Below are positions 11,674 through 21,757 of a stretch of 64,000 bases of DNA, one piece after another. The position numbers were made by a program, and so were the translations under genes. Location: contig JAJECT010000009.1 of the NCBI GenBank assembly GCA_022821845.1, forward strand, positions 10,899-74,898, given 5' to 3'. Source of the stretch: Rhodothermales bacterium (GTDB lineage: Bacteria > Bacteroidota > Rhodothermia > Rhodothermales > VXPQ01). Below the pieces are notes generated by a model. It did not search any database. It saw only the letters and a program-made list of their open reading frames with translations, and was not told where the DNA came from. The first letter of the stretch is position 1, and every line of letters begins with the position of its first letter.

Positions 11674-13953
11674 TTAACGAGGCCTGCGCTTCCGGTATCC
11701 GTCTCGTCCGCCCCGGCCATCGCGACCGTCGCGCCCCCCGCGATAGGACCCGCCGCCCCGACCGTCGCGCCGGGGGCCTCCGCCGTGCGAATGCTGAGGC
11801 CGCCGAGGCCGTTCTTCCTGTCCGCCTTCCCTTGGCTCCAGGAACGACTTCCGGCTCAACCGCAGTTTCCCGTCGTCGCGCACCTCGACGAGTTCGACCT
11901 TGACCTTGTCCCCAACCTGAAAATAATCCTCCACGTTTTCGACGTATCCATGGTCCAGCTCGGAGATATGGAGCAAGCCTTCCTTGCCGGGCAGAATCTC
12001 GATGATGGCGCCAAAGGCGAGAATGCTTTTCACCGTCCCTTCGTAGGTGTCGCCCGGCTCCGGCACCGTAACAATGCCTTTGATCAGGTCGATGGCGGCC
12101 TGCGCGTCTTCCTGGTTGGTCGCGGAGATCGTTACGATGCCCTTTCCGTCCTTGTCCTCGATTTCGATCGACGTGTTCGTGTCGCGCTGCATGCCCTGGA
12201 TCACCTTTCCGCCTGGCCCAATGATTGCGCCGATAAACTCTCCGTCCACGGCGATCTGCGTAAGCCGGGGCGCATAGGCGGACAAATCGTCCCGGGCGGC
12301 GGCGATCTCCTCGTCCATAACGTCTAAAATATGCTGCCGCGCATCCCGCGCCTGCTCCAGCGCCTGCCGAAGCACGTCCCGGGAAAGCCCGGCGATCTTG
12401 ATATCCATCTGACAGGCGGTCACGCCGTCGCGCGTGCCCGTCAGTTTGAAGTCCATATCTCCAAGGTGGTCTTCCGTGCCGAGAATATCGGTGAGCACCG
12501 CCGTGCGGCCATGCTCGCTGATAAGCCCCATGGCGATGCCCGCCACCGGCTTGCGCAGCGGAACGCCCGCATCCATCAGCGCCATGGACCCCGAGCATAC
12601 CGACGCCATGGAGGAAGAACCGTTCGATTCAAGCACGTCCGCATTGACGCGGATGGTGTAGGGAAATTCTTCCAGCGGGGGCAGCACGTGCTGCAATGCC
12701 CGTTCGGCAAGCATGCCATGGCCTATTTCCCGGCGGCTGGTGCCGCGAATGAATTTTGCCTCTCCGGTGCAAAACGGAGGGAAATTATAATGCAGGTAAA
12801 ACCGCTTGTCCTCTGTGGAAAAGATCTGATCCACCGCCTGCACGTCCCGGCCCGTGCCCAGCGTGATGGAGGCGAGCACCTGCGTTTCGCCGCGGGTGAA
12901 AACCGCCGAGCCGTGTACGCGCGGCAAATAGCCCGTGGCCGTCGATATCGGACGCACTTCGTCCGCCGCGCGCCCGTCGATGCGCCGGCCTTCGTCCAGA
13001 ATCATGCTCCGCATGGCCTGCTTCTCCAGCGTGCGAACCGCTTCGCGGATATGTCCCGCCGCGAAGCCTTCGGGCATAGCCTCCGCCCCGTCCTCGCCAA
13101 GCAATTCCGCCGCCACGTCGTTTCTGATCTGGTCCAGCCCGCCGTAGAACGCGCCCTTTTCGTACGGGGTGCGAAGGTGGTCATGGATCCGGCTGCCGAC
13201 CGTTTCCGAAACTTTCTCCAGAACGCCTTCCGGCAGCGTCACGAGTTTCGGCTCGAACGGTTCTGCTGCGCCCGCCTCGTCCACCAGTTCATGCTGCATC
13301 GCGCATAATTTCCGAATCGCTGCGTGGGCCACGTCCAGCGCCTCCAGCATTTCTTCTTCGTCCACCTCCTGCATCTCCCCTTCCACCATCACGATGGCGT
13401 CCTCCTTCCCCGCCACGACGATATCCATGTCGCTTTCCGCCGTTTCCTCAATGGTGGGGTTGACGACGAAAGCGTCGTCTACTCGCGCTACGCGCACCTC
13501 TGCGATGGGGCCCTCGAACGGCGCGCCGGCAAGCATCAGCGCGGCGGACGCGCCCACGCCCGCAAGCACGTCGGCGTTATACTCGTCGTCGGCGGAAATT
13601 ACGTACGCGATAATCTGCGTCTCGTGCAAAAAGCCGTCCGGGAACAGCGGGCGAAGCGACCGGTCCACCAGCCGCGACGACAGGACCTCCTTGTCCGTCG
13701 GGCGGCCTTCCCGTTTAATGAATCCGCCAGGAATTTTCCCCCCCGCCGAAAATTTTTCGCGATACTCCACGGTAAGGGGAAAAAAACTTTGCCCCTCCCG
13801 CACGTCTTTCGAAATCACAGCGGTGCACAACACCATGGTGTCGCCCAGCCGAACCACGGCCGATCCGCCTGCCTGCCGCGCAAGACGGCCCGTCTCCAGC
13901 GAGAGGACCTTGCCCGGCGCCAGTTCGATTTCCTTGTGGGTAAACGTTGCCAT
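11674..13953 (-). CDS. pnp: Polyribonucleotide nucleotidyltransferase
   Basis: FFPLTVEY, RLVDRSLRPLF, RREIGHG, ESNGSSSMASVC, DHLGDMDFK, KH and S1 domains, R/G-rich tail. Start set at MATFTHK. Confidence 0.97.
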   Translation of the reverse strand: MATFTHKEIELAPGKVLSLETGRLARQAGGSAVVRLGDTMVLCTAVISKDVREGQSFFPLTVEYREKFSAGGKIPGGFIKREGRPTDKEVLSSRLVDRSLRPLFPDGFLHETQIIAYVISADDEYNADVLAGVGASAALMLAGAPFEGPIAEVRVARVDDAFVVNPTIEETAESDMDIVVAGKEDAIVMVEGEMQEVDEEEMLEALDVAHAAIRKLCAMQHELVDEAGAAEPFEPKLVTLPEGVLEKVSETVGSRIHDHLRTPYEKGAFYGGLDQIRNDVAAELLGEDGAEAMPEGFAAGHIREAVRTLEKQAMRSMILDEGRRIDGRAADEVRPISTATGYLPRVHGSAVFTRGETQVLASITLGTGRDVQAVDQIFSTEDKRFYLHYNFPPFCTGEAKFIRGTSRREIGHGMLAERALQHVLPPLEEFPYTIRVNADVLESNGSSSMASVCSGSMALMDAGVPLRKPVAGIAMGLISEHGRTAVLTDILGTEDHLGDMDFKLTGTRDGVTACQMDIKIAGLSRDVLRQALEQARDARQHILDVMDEEIAAARDDLSAYAPRLTQIAVDGEFIGAIIGPGGKVIQGMQRDTNTSIEIEDKDGKGIVTISATNQEDAQAAIDLIKGIVTVPEPGDTYEGTVKSILAFGAIIEILPGKEGLLHISELDHGYVENVEDYFQVGDKVKVELVEVRDDGKLRLSRKSFLEPREGGQEERPRRPQHSHGGGPRRDGRGGGSYRGGRDGRDGRGGRDGYRKRRPR

Positions 13954-14138
13954 TTGTTCTTTTTCCTCGTTTTCGTTCAATGACCTGCGCGTCGTTTTCC
14001 TGCGCAGCAATGGGTGTTCCCGTAGTTCAGCCTCTTTGCCGTCTGGCGCTCCAAAGCGCCGCATGGCTCGAAAAACGCATGCGGCGCATGCCTTGGCTCA
14101 TGTCCATTTGGGAAATGCGACCTACCGGGCGTACGGAT

Positions 14139-14405
14139 TTATTTGCGAATGCCCAATTTCTTAATGATAGAACGATAGCGTTCTATGTCCCGGTCCATAA
14201 GATAATTGAGCAAGCGGCGCCGTTTTCCTACGAGTTTCAGCAAGCCTCGTCGCGTAGAGTGATCTCCCGGATGAAGTTTGAGGTGTCCGTTCAGTTCGTT
14301 GATCCGATGTGTGAAGATCGCAATCTGAACCTCCGGGGCGCCGGTGTCGTCGGCCGATTTTCCATAGGTCTCGACCAACGTTTTTTTCTGCTCTGTCGTA
14401 ATCAT
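14139..14405 (-). CDS. rpsO: 30S ribosomal protein S15
   Basis: [41 protein letters not shown]. Confidence 0.97.
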   Translation of the reverse strand: MITTEQKKTLVETYGKSADDTGAPEVQIAIFTHRINELNGHLKLHPGDHSTRRGLLKLVGKRRRLLNYLMDRDIERYRSIIKKLGIRK

Positions 14406-14501
14406 GGCGTGTTCTGTCCTCTTTAGATTATGCCATCGTAAAGAAGAGCGCCCGCCCGTCGGGAAGGCGCGCAAAAGCAAGGGGCGCTACGTCAGGGTGC
14501 G

Positions 14502-15443
14502 TCAGGGTCCCTTGAGTATCTTACTGCTACGCGCCTTGTCTTCGGAAAGTTGCCTCGCCAGTTCTTTTTTACTGCCGAAACGCCGCTCGCCGCGCATTCT
14601 GGAAACGAATTCCACGCGAAGAATCTCGCCGTACAGGTTTTCGTCCAGGTCCAGCAGATGCACTTCGATCATTCGCTGCGCGCCGCCGAACGTAGGCCGT
14701 ACGCCGATATTCATCATGCCGGGCAAGGCCGCAGGTTGGCCTTTCGAGCGGCGGCGCACCCGGACGGCGTATACGCCATGGGCGGGAATCGCCTTGCGCG
14801 GATGCGTTATCGCCATGTTCGCCGTCGGGAAGCCGAGGTCCCGGCCCCGGCCTGCGCCCCGAACGACCTTCCCTTCGAGGCTATAGGGACGTCCCAGCAT
14901 GGTTGCGGCGGCCGCTACGTCCCCGGCTTCTTCGAGCAGCTGCCTGATCTTTCGGGACGATACGGTTTGCTCCGCTACGATCCGGGCAGGAATCATGTCC
15001 ACCGCAAAGCCATGCTTCGCGCCCAGCGCGCGCAGCAAGTCCGCATTGCCCCGCCGATCCCGTCCGAAGGCGTGGTCGTAGCCAATCACGATTTCCCGCG
15101 CCCCAATGCCCCGAACCAGCACGTCCTCCACGAACGCTTCCGCGGAAAGGCGGGAAAACTCCTTGGTAAAGGGCAGCACGATCAATTGTCCCAGGCCCAT
15201 GGTCGCCATAAGGTCCGCCCGCTCGTCGATGGTGGTCAGCAGGGACAAGGCCGTTTCTTCCACGATTTCCCGGGGATGCGGATGGAAACTCAATACCGCG
15301 CTGATTCCGCCCAGCGCCGCGGCGCGTTCCTGCAAGTACCGCAAAATAGCCTGATGGCCGAGGTGCACCCCGTCGAACGTGCCTACGGTAAGCACGGAGG
15401 CGCTGTCCCTGCAAACCTCGTCAAGTCCATGCAGCCGTTTCAT
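14502..15443 (-). CDS. ribF: Bifunctional riboflavin kinase/FAD synthetase
   Basis: GTFDGVHLGH, GYDHAFG, VSSRKIR, GFPTAN, NIGVRPTF, IEVHLLD. Start at MKRLHG overlaps the truB stop. Confidence 0.96.
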   Translation of the reverse strand: MKRLHGLDEVCRDSASVLTVGTFDGVHLGHQAILRYLQERAAALGGISAVLSFHPHPREIVEETALSLLTTIDERADLMATMGLGQLIVLPFTKEFSRLSAEAFVEDVLVRGIGAREIVIGYDHAFGRDRRGNADLLRALGAKHGFAVDMIPARIVAEQTVSSRKIRQLLEEAGDVAAAATMLGRPYSLEGKVVRGAGRGRDLGFPTANMAITHPRKAIPAHGVYAVRVRRRSKGQPAALPGMMNIGVRPTFGGAQRMIEVHLLDLDENLYGEILRVEFVSRMRGERRFGSKKELARQLSEDKARSSKILKGP

Positions 15444-16174
15444 GCGCGCCGCTCCCGGATTGTTTTTCGAAGGTCGTCCACGGCCCAGGCGTCTTCCGCG
15501 GAGAAGGCGCCGATGCGCGCGCGCCGCAACCGTACGATATGCGCGCCCACGCCCAGCGCCTGCCCGAATTCGTGCGCCAGGCTGCGGATATAGGTTCCCC
15601 TGGAGCATTCGACCGAAAAAGAAACGTCTGCGCCCTTGCGCTCCAGCAGATCGAACGACCGGATGGTTACGATGCGGCGCGGCGGAACCACGGCCTCGCC
15701 CCGGCGCATTTTGCGATACAGGCGTTCGCCTCCCTGCTTGACGGCAGACCAGGCGGGGGTTATTTGTTCGATAACGCCGAGGAAGCCCTCGCGCGCATGC
15801 AGCAGGTCTTCGTCCCGGATTCCCGACGGATCGCGGCGGTCGGTTATTTCGCCGTCGGCGTCGTAGGTATCGGTGGTTTCGCCAAGCCGCAGCGTGGCTT
15901 CGTAGGTCTTGGGCAATTCCATGAACTTCTCCATGAGCCGCGTCGCCTGGCCCGTGAGGACCATGAGCAGCCCGGTCGCAAGCGGATCAAGCGTTCCGGC
16001 GTGCCCCGCCTTGCGTCCGTCGAGCAAGGGCCGCAGCGCGCGAATTACGTCGAACGAGGACCAGCCCGGCGGCTTGTCCACGGGGAGCGCGGCCCGCTCG
16101 AAGGTTTCCGGCAAGGTCGGCGCCGGGTAAAAGACCGCCTCGAGATCGAGGTCTCGAATAAAGGTATGCGTCAT
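15440..16174 (-). CDS. truB: tRNA pseudouridine(55) synthase
   Basis: VDKPPGWSSFDV, KAGHAGTLDPLATG, CSRGTYIRSLA. Start at MTHTF overlaps the rbfA stop. Confidence 0.95.
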   Translation of the reverse strand: MTHTFIRDLDLEAVFYPAPTLPETFERAALPVDKPPGWSSFDVIRALRPLLDGRKAGHAGTLDPLATGLLMVLTGQATRLMEKFMELPKTYEATLRLGETTDTYDADGEITDRRDPSGIRDEDLLHAREGFLGVIEQITPAWSAVKQGGERLYRKMRRGEAVVPPRRIVTIRSFDLLERKGADVSFSVECSRGTYIRSLAHEFGQALGVGAHIVRLRRARIGAFSAEDAWAVDDLRKTIRERRA

Positions 16175-16548
16175 TGCAAACCGGCTTCCCTGCCTTCCCG
16201 TTCGGCCCGTATCCTCTCGATAATCTCGTCCATGCGCTTCGAGGCGTGCAGGCCTTCGTCGAGGAAAAAACGAAGGTCCGGGACGGCCCGCAGTTGATGG
16301 CGAATGCGGCGGGCCAGGGCGGCGCGGATTTCTGTTTTCAGGTCGGTAAAATGCCGGAACGCCTCGCGGCGCGCTTCGATATCCTGTTCGTAGACGCTGA
16401 CGTCCACATAGGCTATGCCGAGGTCCTTTGTTACGCGCACATTCGTTACTGCGTACATACCCGGAATGCGTTCCGAAAAAGCCGTTTGCAGTACGCTTGC
16501 AATTTCCCGTTGCAAGAGGCGAGAGACGCGTTCGGCGCGAATGCTCAT
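16171..16548 (-). CDS. rbfA: Ribosome-binding factor A
   Basis: R.ERV..LLQREIA, VTKDL..A.V.VS, LRAVPDLRFFLDE; lies between infB and truB. Confidence 0.95.
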   Translation of the reverse strand: MSIRAERVSRLLQREIASVLQTAFSERIPGMYAVTNVRVTKDLGIAYVDVSVYEQDIEARREAFRHFTDLKTEIRAALARRIRHQLRAVPDLRFFLDEGLHASKRMDEIIERIRAEREGREAGLQ

Positions 16549-16601
16549 GGCGGATCACAGAAAGGTAAGGAGAAGCGGTCGCGGCCTTGCTTGGGGCGCG
16601 T

Positions 16602-19565
16602 CTATACGGGGGCGCCCGCCGCGAGCGTACGTTTTTCTTCGACGATCTCGTAGCCTTCGATCTGATCCCCCACCTTCAGGTCGTTGTAGCCCCGGACAGA
16701 AATGCCGCATTCGTAGCCGCTTTGCACTTCGCGCACGTCGTCCTTGAAACGGCGGAGCGAATCGATTTCTCCCTCGTAAATCACGACGCCTTCGCGGATT
16801 ACCCGAAAACGATCGTTGCGGCGGATTTTGCCCTCGATCACATAGCATCCCGCCACCGTGCCGGCCTTGGGCACCTTGAACAGGTTTCGCACTTCTACGG
16901 TGCCCTTCGTAACCTCTTTTTCTTCGGGAGACAACAGGCCTTCGAGGGCGTCCCGGATGTCTTCTATGGCGTCGTAGATGACGGAGTAGGTGCGAATGTC
17001 TATTTCTTCTCGTTCGGCGAGGAGACGGGCGCCGGGCGTCGGGCGCACCTGAAATCCGATAATCACCGCGTCGGACGCCGACGCAAGCATCACGTCGCTT
17101 TCGGTGATGGCGCCTACGCCGCTATGAATGACATTGAGCGCCACCTCTTCCGTGCTCAGTTTGAGCAGGGAATCCGCCAGCGCTTCCACCGAGCCGCCTA
17201 CGTCCGCCTTGATAATCAGATTCAGCTCCCTGAAATCGCCAAGCGCGAGGCGACGGCCAATCTCGTCCAGCGTAATGTGCTTTTTCTGTCGCAAGGATTG
17301 CTCCCGGCGGATCTGCTGACGGCGCTGGGAAATGTCCCGGGCTTCCTTTTCTTCGTCCAGGCCCACCAGCTGGTCTCCTGCTTCGGGCGAGCCGCTCAGT
17401 CCGAGGACCATCGCGGGCTGGGACGGTCCGGCTTCGGCTACCCGGTGATCCCGTTCGTCGAACATGGCCCGGACGCGCCCGTTGTACAGCCCGGCGATAA
17501 AGTAGTCGCCGAGGCGGAGCGTCCCGTTGCGCACAAGCACCGTCGCCACGTTGCCCCGTCCTTTCTCAAGGCGGGATTCGATGACCACGCCGTCCGCGTT
17601 GCGATCCGGGTTCGCCTTCAGTTCCATGACTTCGGCTTCGAGCAGAATTTTTTCCATCAAATCGTTCACGCCATCCCCTGTGTGGGCGGAAACCATCGCG
17701 CACTGCACCTTGCCGCCGTATTGCTCCACCAGCACGTTGTGATCGGACAGTTGCTGCATCACCTTTTCGGCGTTCGCCTGCGCCCGGTCCATCTTGTTTA
17801 TGGCGACGATGATCGGGACTTCCGCGGCGCGGGCATGGTTGATGGCTTCGATCGTCTGAGGCATTACGGCGTCGTCGGCGGCCACGACCAGCACGACCAC
17901 GTCCGTCACCTTGGCGCCCCGGGCGCGCATGGCCGTAAACGCTTCGTGCCCCGGCGTGTCCAGAAACGTGATGTCCCGGCTGTCCGGGAGATTCACCTTG
18001 TGCGCGCCAATATGCTGGGTAATGCCGCCCGCTTCGCCCGCCACGACATTGGCGTTGCGAATATAGTCCAGCAAGGAGGTTTTGCCATGGTCCACATGGC
18101 CCATCACGGTTACGATGGGGGCGCGCGCTTTCAGCAGCGCCGGATCGTCCTCCTCCAGCAGAATGTCTTCCATGCCGAATTCGGTAATGAATTCGACGTC
18201 GTATTCGTATTCGTCGGCTACGAACGAAATGGTGTCTGCGTCGAGGCGCTGGTTGATCGACACGATCATGCCCGACTCGAAGAGTTTCTGGATGACCTCG
18301 TTCACCGGGATATTCATCAGATTGGCAAGGTCGCCCGTCGATACGAATTCGGGGATGCGGAGCGTTTGTTCCTGCTCGCGCTGCTCTTCGATTTCCTGTT
18401 CGCGCTGTTCCGCATGGCGTTCCCGCCTGCGTCGGCGCCGCTGACGCCGCGCGCCGCCTGCTCCCTGCTCGATTTCCCGAAGCGTTTTCTGAAGCGTTTC
18501 CTCGATATCCTCTTCGTCTACGCCCGTTCCCTTGCGGCGTCGCTTGCGCTTCGAGGTCTGGCGTCCGTCCGCCCCCTGCGGGACCGGTTCTTCGTCGGCG
18601 GGCGCGGCGGTTTTGCGTTTGCGCTTTCTTTTGCGTTTGCGTTTTCCGGGCTCGGCGTCCTTTACTTCGGAAAGGTCCATCTTGCCGAGCACCGTGGTTC
18701 CGGCCAGTTTGTAGCGCTTTGCGGAAAGCGTTTCGTCTTCGGGGTCCTCTTCGTCGTCGCCCGGCTCTTCGAGAGCGTCTTCTTCGTCCAGCGGTTCCTC
18801 GGCGACGTCCTCCACAGATTCCAGAGGCGGTTCTGTGGCGGTTTCTTCCGCCGCCAACGGTTCCTCCGGGGCAGGCGTTTCTTCGACCGGCGCCTCTGCC
18901 GCGGGCGTTTCCTGGGCCGGAACGCTTTCTGTCAGGGCGGGCTCCGGGGCGGGTTCTTCTTCGGCGGACGTTTCGGCCTCGGCTTCGACCGGTTCCGGGA
19001 CGGGGGCGGGCGCCTCCTCGGTCGTCGCCGCTTCCGCCGGGGCCACTTCCACTGGCGCCGGTTCCGCAGGCGTATCCACTGCATCGACCTGGTCGGCTTC
19101 GTCCGCGGGCGCCTCGGCAACCTGTTCGACCGTCTCCGCTTCTTCTTCGGGCGCGGTTTCTTCCGCCGCCTCCTCCGGTTCGGGCGCGACGGGTTCGACG
19201 GGCTCGACAGCCACGGGCGCTGCTTCCGGCAACGGTTCCGCCCCGTCGCCCGCCACGACGGATGGCTCTGGCGCAGGCTCCGCCTCCGGCGCGGCCGGTT
19301 CAGGTTCTGCCTGAGGCGGCGTTTCCGTCGCAATCTGCCGGGCCCGCTTCTTGTGTACGCGCTCCGCCGTTTCCCGGTCGGAGGCGAAGGCGCTGAGCAG
19401 TTCGTTGTACGCCGCTTCGTCCTTGATGGCTGCATTTAACCCCGAACCGGTCAACGCCTCTGCGTAACCGGTTTGCTCAAGGTGTTCCGTCAACGTTTCT
19501 AATTTGACGTTGAACTCCTTGGTCAGCTTGTGAAGCCGTACTTTTTTGAACCTGGTCGTGGTCAT
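16602..19565 (-). CDS. infB: Translation initiation factor IF-2
   Basis: [44 protein letters not shown]; long acidic N-terminal region. Start set at MTTTRFKK. Confidence 0.97.
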   Translation of the reverse strand: MTTTRFKKVRLHKLTKEFNVKLETLTEHLEQTGYAEALTGSGLNAAIKDEAAYNELLSAFASDRETAERVHKKRARQIATETPPQAEPEPAAPEAEPAPEPSVVAGDGAEPLPEAAPVAVEPVEPVAPEPEEAAEETAPEEEAETVEQVAEAPADEADQVDAVDTPAEPAPVEVAPAEAATTEEAPAPVPEPVEAEAETSAEEEPAPEPALTESVPAQETPAAEAPVEETPAPEEPLAAEETATEPPLESVEDVAEEPLDEEDALEEPGDDEEDPEDETLSAKRYKLAGTTVLGKMDLSEVKDAEPGKRKRKRKRKRKTAAPADEEPVPQGADGRQTSKRKRRRKGTGVDEEDIEETLQKTLREIEQGAGGARRQRRRRRRERHAEQREQEIEEQREQEQTLRIPEFVSTGDLANLMNIPVNEVIQKLFESGMIVSINQRLDADTISFVADEYEYDVEFITEFGMEDILLEEDDPALLKARAPIVTVMGHVDHGKTSLLDYIRNANVVAGEAGGITQHIGAHKVNLPDSRDITFLDTPGHEAFTAMRARGAKVTDVVVLVVAADDAVMPQTIEAINHARAAEVPIIVAINKMDRAQANAEKVMQQLSDHNVLVEQYGGKVQCAMVSAHTGDGVNDLMEKILLEAEVMELKANPDRNADGVVIESRLEKGRGNVATVLVRNGTLRLGDYFIAGLYNGRVRAMFDERDHRVAEAGPSQPAMVLGLSGSPEAGDQLVGLDEEKEARDISQRRQQIRREQSLRQKKHITLDEIGRRLALGDFRELNLIIKADVGGSVEALADSLLKLSTEEVALNVIHSGVGAITESDVMLASASDAVIIGFQVRPTPGARLLAEREEIDIRTYSVIYDAIEDIRDALEGLLSPEEKEVTKGTVEVRNLFKVPKAGTVAGCYVIEGKIRRNDRFRVIREGVVIYEGEIDSLRRFKDDVREVQSGYECGISVRGYNDLKVGDQIEGYEIVEEKRTLAAGAPV

Positions 19566-19611
19566 TGGCGACAGCTGCCGTTCCTGAGGTTGTGATGCTT
19601 CCTGCCTGAGA

Positions 19612-20925
19612 TTATCCTCCTGGCGCTTCCTGCGCAGCGTCCGGGGCGGGCGCATAGTCGGGGGCGGACGCTCCCGCCTCCTCTTCCTCGAATTCGAGGC
19701 GAATCGTCTCCAGCACATGCTGGGCCGTTTCCTGTTCCAGCCCGGAACGCCGCATCAATTCGTCCGCGGAAAGTTCCACGACCTGCTTGGCGGTATCGCA
19801 GCCGATATTGCGGAGTTTTTCCAGCGTGTCGGGGCTGAAGGCGTCCGCAAACTCGTCGATCTCTACGTCCTCCTCGTCCTCGGTGATTTCCCGGTATACG
19901 TCTATTTCGTAACCGGCCAGGCGCGAGGCAAGCCGAATGTTGATTCCGCCGCGCCCGATGGCCTGGCTTACCTCTTCCGCTTTCACCACCACCTTGGCGC
20001 GCGGCGGATCCAGTTCGTCGTTGATGGTTACGCTCACCGGATTCGCCGGAGAAAGCGCCCGCTCGATGAGGCGATAGGGATCGCTCGAATATTCCAGCAC
20101 GTCGATATTTTCGTTGCCCAGTTCGCGAACGACCGCATGAATGCGGACGCCCTTTACGCCGACGCAGGCGCCCACGGGGTCGATGCGGTCGTCGTTGCTC
20201 AGCACGGCCACCTTGGCCCGGTCGCCGGGCTCGCGCACGATGCGCTTGATTTCCACGATGCCCTCGTAAATTTCAGGCACTTCCAGCTCGAAAAGCCGTT
20301 CCATGAAAACGGGAGAAGCCCGGCTGATGATGACTTGCGGATTGCTGCCCAGGTCTCGCTTCACCTCCTGCACCACCGCCCGGAGCATGTCGCCCTTGCG
20401 GTACCGATCCTTGAATATCTGCTCGGAGCGGGGAAGCACCAGCTCCACCTTGTTGTGAATCACCAGCACTTCGCGTCGCCGCGTCTGGTAAATCTCCCCC
20501 ACCACTACTTCGCCGACCAGGTCCGTGTAGTCCTTGTAAATCTTTTCTTTTTCGATGTCCCGGATCCGCTGGCTGAACGCTTGCCGGGCCGTCATGACCG
20601 CGCGCCGACCGAATCCTGCGATGTTGATCTCGCTGGCCACCTCTTCGCCTATTTCGAAATCCTCGTCCACCTTTCGGGCATCGTCCAGTTCGATCTCCGT
20701 GACCGGGTCCTTCAGGTCCCAGTTCGCCACGATATCCTGCACGTGGATGATCTGAATATCCCCGTTGTCCGGATTGAAAATGATGTCGAAGTTGTCGTCT
20801 GCGCCGTAGCGCTTGCGAATCATGGCTCGAAAAACATCCTCGACGATCAGCGTGAGGGAATCTCGATGGATATCCTTTTCGCGCGCAATCTCTGCAAACG
20901 ACGATATAAGATCCGTGCTTTGCAT
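19612..20925 (-). CDS. nusA: Transcription termination/antitermination factor NusA
   Basis: [12 protein letters not shown]1 and KH domains, [36 protein letters not shown]. Confidence 0.97.
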   Translation of the reverse strand: MQSTDLISSFAEIAREKDIHRDSLTLIVEDVFRAMIRKRYGADDNFDIIFNPDNGDIQIIHVQDIVANWDLKDPVTEIELDDARKVDEDFEIGEEVASEINIAGFGRRAVMTARQAFSQRIRDIEKEKIYKDYTDLVGEVVVGEIYQTRRREVLVIHNKVELVLPRSEQIFKDRYRKGDMLRAVVQEVKRDLGSNPQVIISRASPVFMERLFELEVPEIYEGIVEIKRIVREPGDRAKVAVLSNDDRIDPVGACVGVKGVRIHAVVRELGNENIDVLEYSSDPYRLIERALSPANPVSVTINDELDPPRAKVVVKAEEVSQAIGRGGINIRLASRLAGYEIDVYREITEDEEDVEIDEFADAFSPDTLEKLRNIGCDTAKQVVELSADELMRRSGLEQETAQHVLETIRLEFEEEEAGASAPDYAPAPDAAQEAPGG

Positions 20926-20986
20926 GTCTCGGTATTCCTTGCCGGTTGGTTCTGGTCTGTGTCTCAGTAAGATGTATGGCCTGTTC

Positions 20987-21475
20987 CTACCATGGAAGCT
21001 GCACCTGCGCCCGCACTACGTCGTCGAAGGGAATGCGGAGCGCGCCCGAGCCGGACGCCGCCACTTCGATCGCGTCGTCGGCCACGCTCAGCAACGCGCC
21101 GACGACTTCCGCATTTTCGTTGGCCTCTCCGGTCGCATACCGGACGCGTAGGTCCCTGCCCACGTTTTTGCGGTACTGCCGCGGCAACGAAAGGGGGCGA
21201 TCCAGGCCGGGCGTAGACACATTCAGCGTGTATCGCCCCTCGACCGCATTCTCTACGTCCAGCAGGAATCCTGTCTCGCGGCTTATCTTCGTCAAATCGT
21301 CGGAGCCCAACGGGCCTTCGCTGTCTACGAAGATATCGACGACGCGAGAGCCTCTTGCGCCGCGCGCCTGCACCTCGACGAGAAACGCCGCCGAATCGGC
21401 GAGGACTTCCTCGACAAGCGCCGCGATGCGTTCGCAAAGCGCGTCGCATTCCCTTGCAAGCGACGGTTCGGCCAT
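20987..21475 (-). CDS. rimP: Ribosome maturation factor RimP
   Basis: VDIFVDSE, YTLNVSTPGLDRPL; first gene before nusA-infB. Confidence 0.93.
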   Translation of the reverse strand: MAEPSLARECDALCERIAALVEEVLADSAAFLVEVQARGARGSRVVDIFVDSEGPLGSDDLTKISRETGFLLDVENAVEGRYTLNVSTPGLDRPLSLPRQYRKNVGRDLRVRYATGEANENAEVVGALLSVADDAIEVAASGSGALRIPFDDVVRAQVQLPW

Positions 21476-21501
21476 AAGTCGTTTCCCGTTTTTCGCGTTA
21501 T

Positions 21502-21533
21502 AAAAAAAGCCCGTACCCGATTACCGGGCGGGC
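21502..21533 (-). terminator. Intrinsic terminator-like hairpin in the rimP leader (proximal)
   Basis: Minus strand GCCCGCCCGGTAATCGGGTACGGGC followed by T7, ending 27 nt before the rimP ATG. Confidence 0.65.
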
Positions 21534-21556
21534 GCTAACGTACCTACGCCAACCAC

Positions 21557-21588
21557 AAAAAAAGGGGGTTTCGGGAGAAACCTCCTTT
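21557..21588 (-). terminator. Intrinsic terminator-like hairpin in the rimP leader (distal)
   Basis: Minus strand AAAGGAGGTTTC-TCCC-GAAACCCCC followed by T7. Confidence 0.7.
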
Positions 21589-21757
21589 CGTAATTACGCC
21601 AACCGGACAGCATAACGCATTTCGCGCCATGGCCGGTCGGACACTGCTCCACGAAAAGGTACAACACGGACCGGCGGGGGTTGTTCCGGTATTTTCGCCG
21701 CAAACCTGGCGTTTCCCGCATGAAAAAACAGTGCGCAGGCCCCGCCAAGCGACGCGC

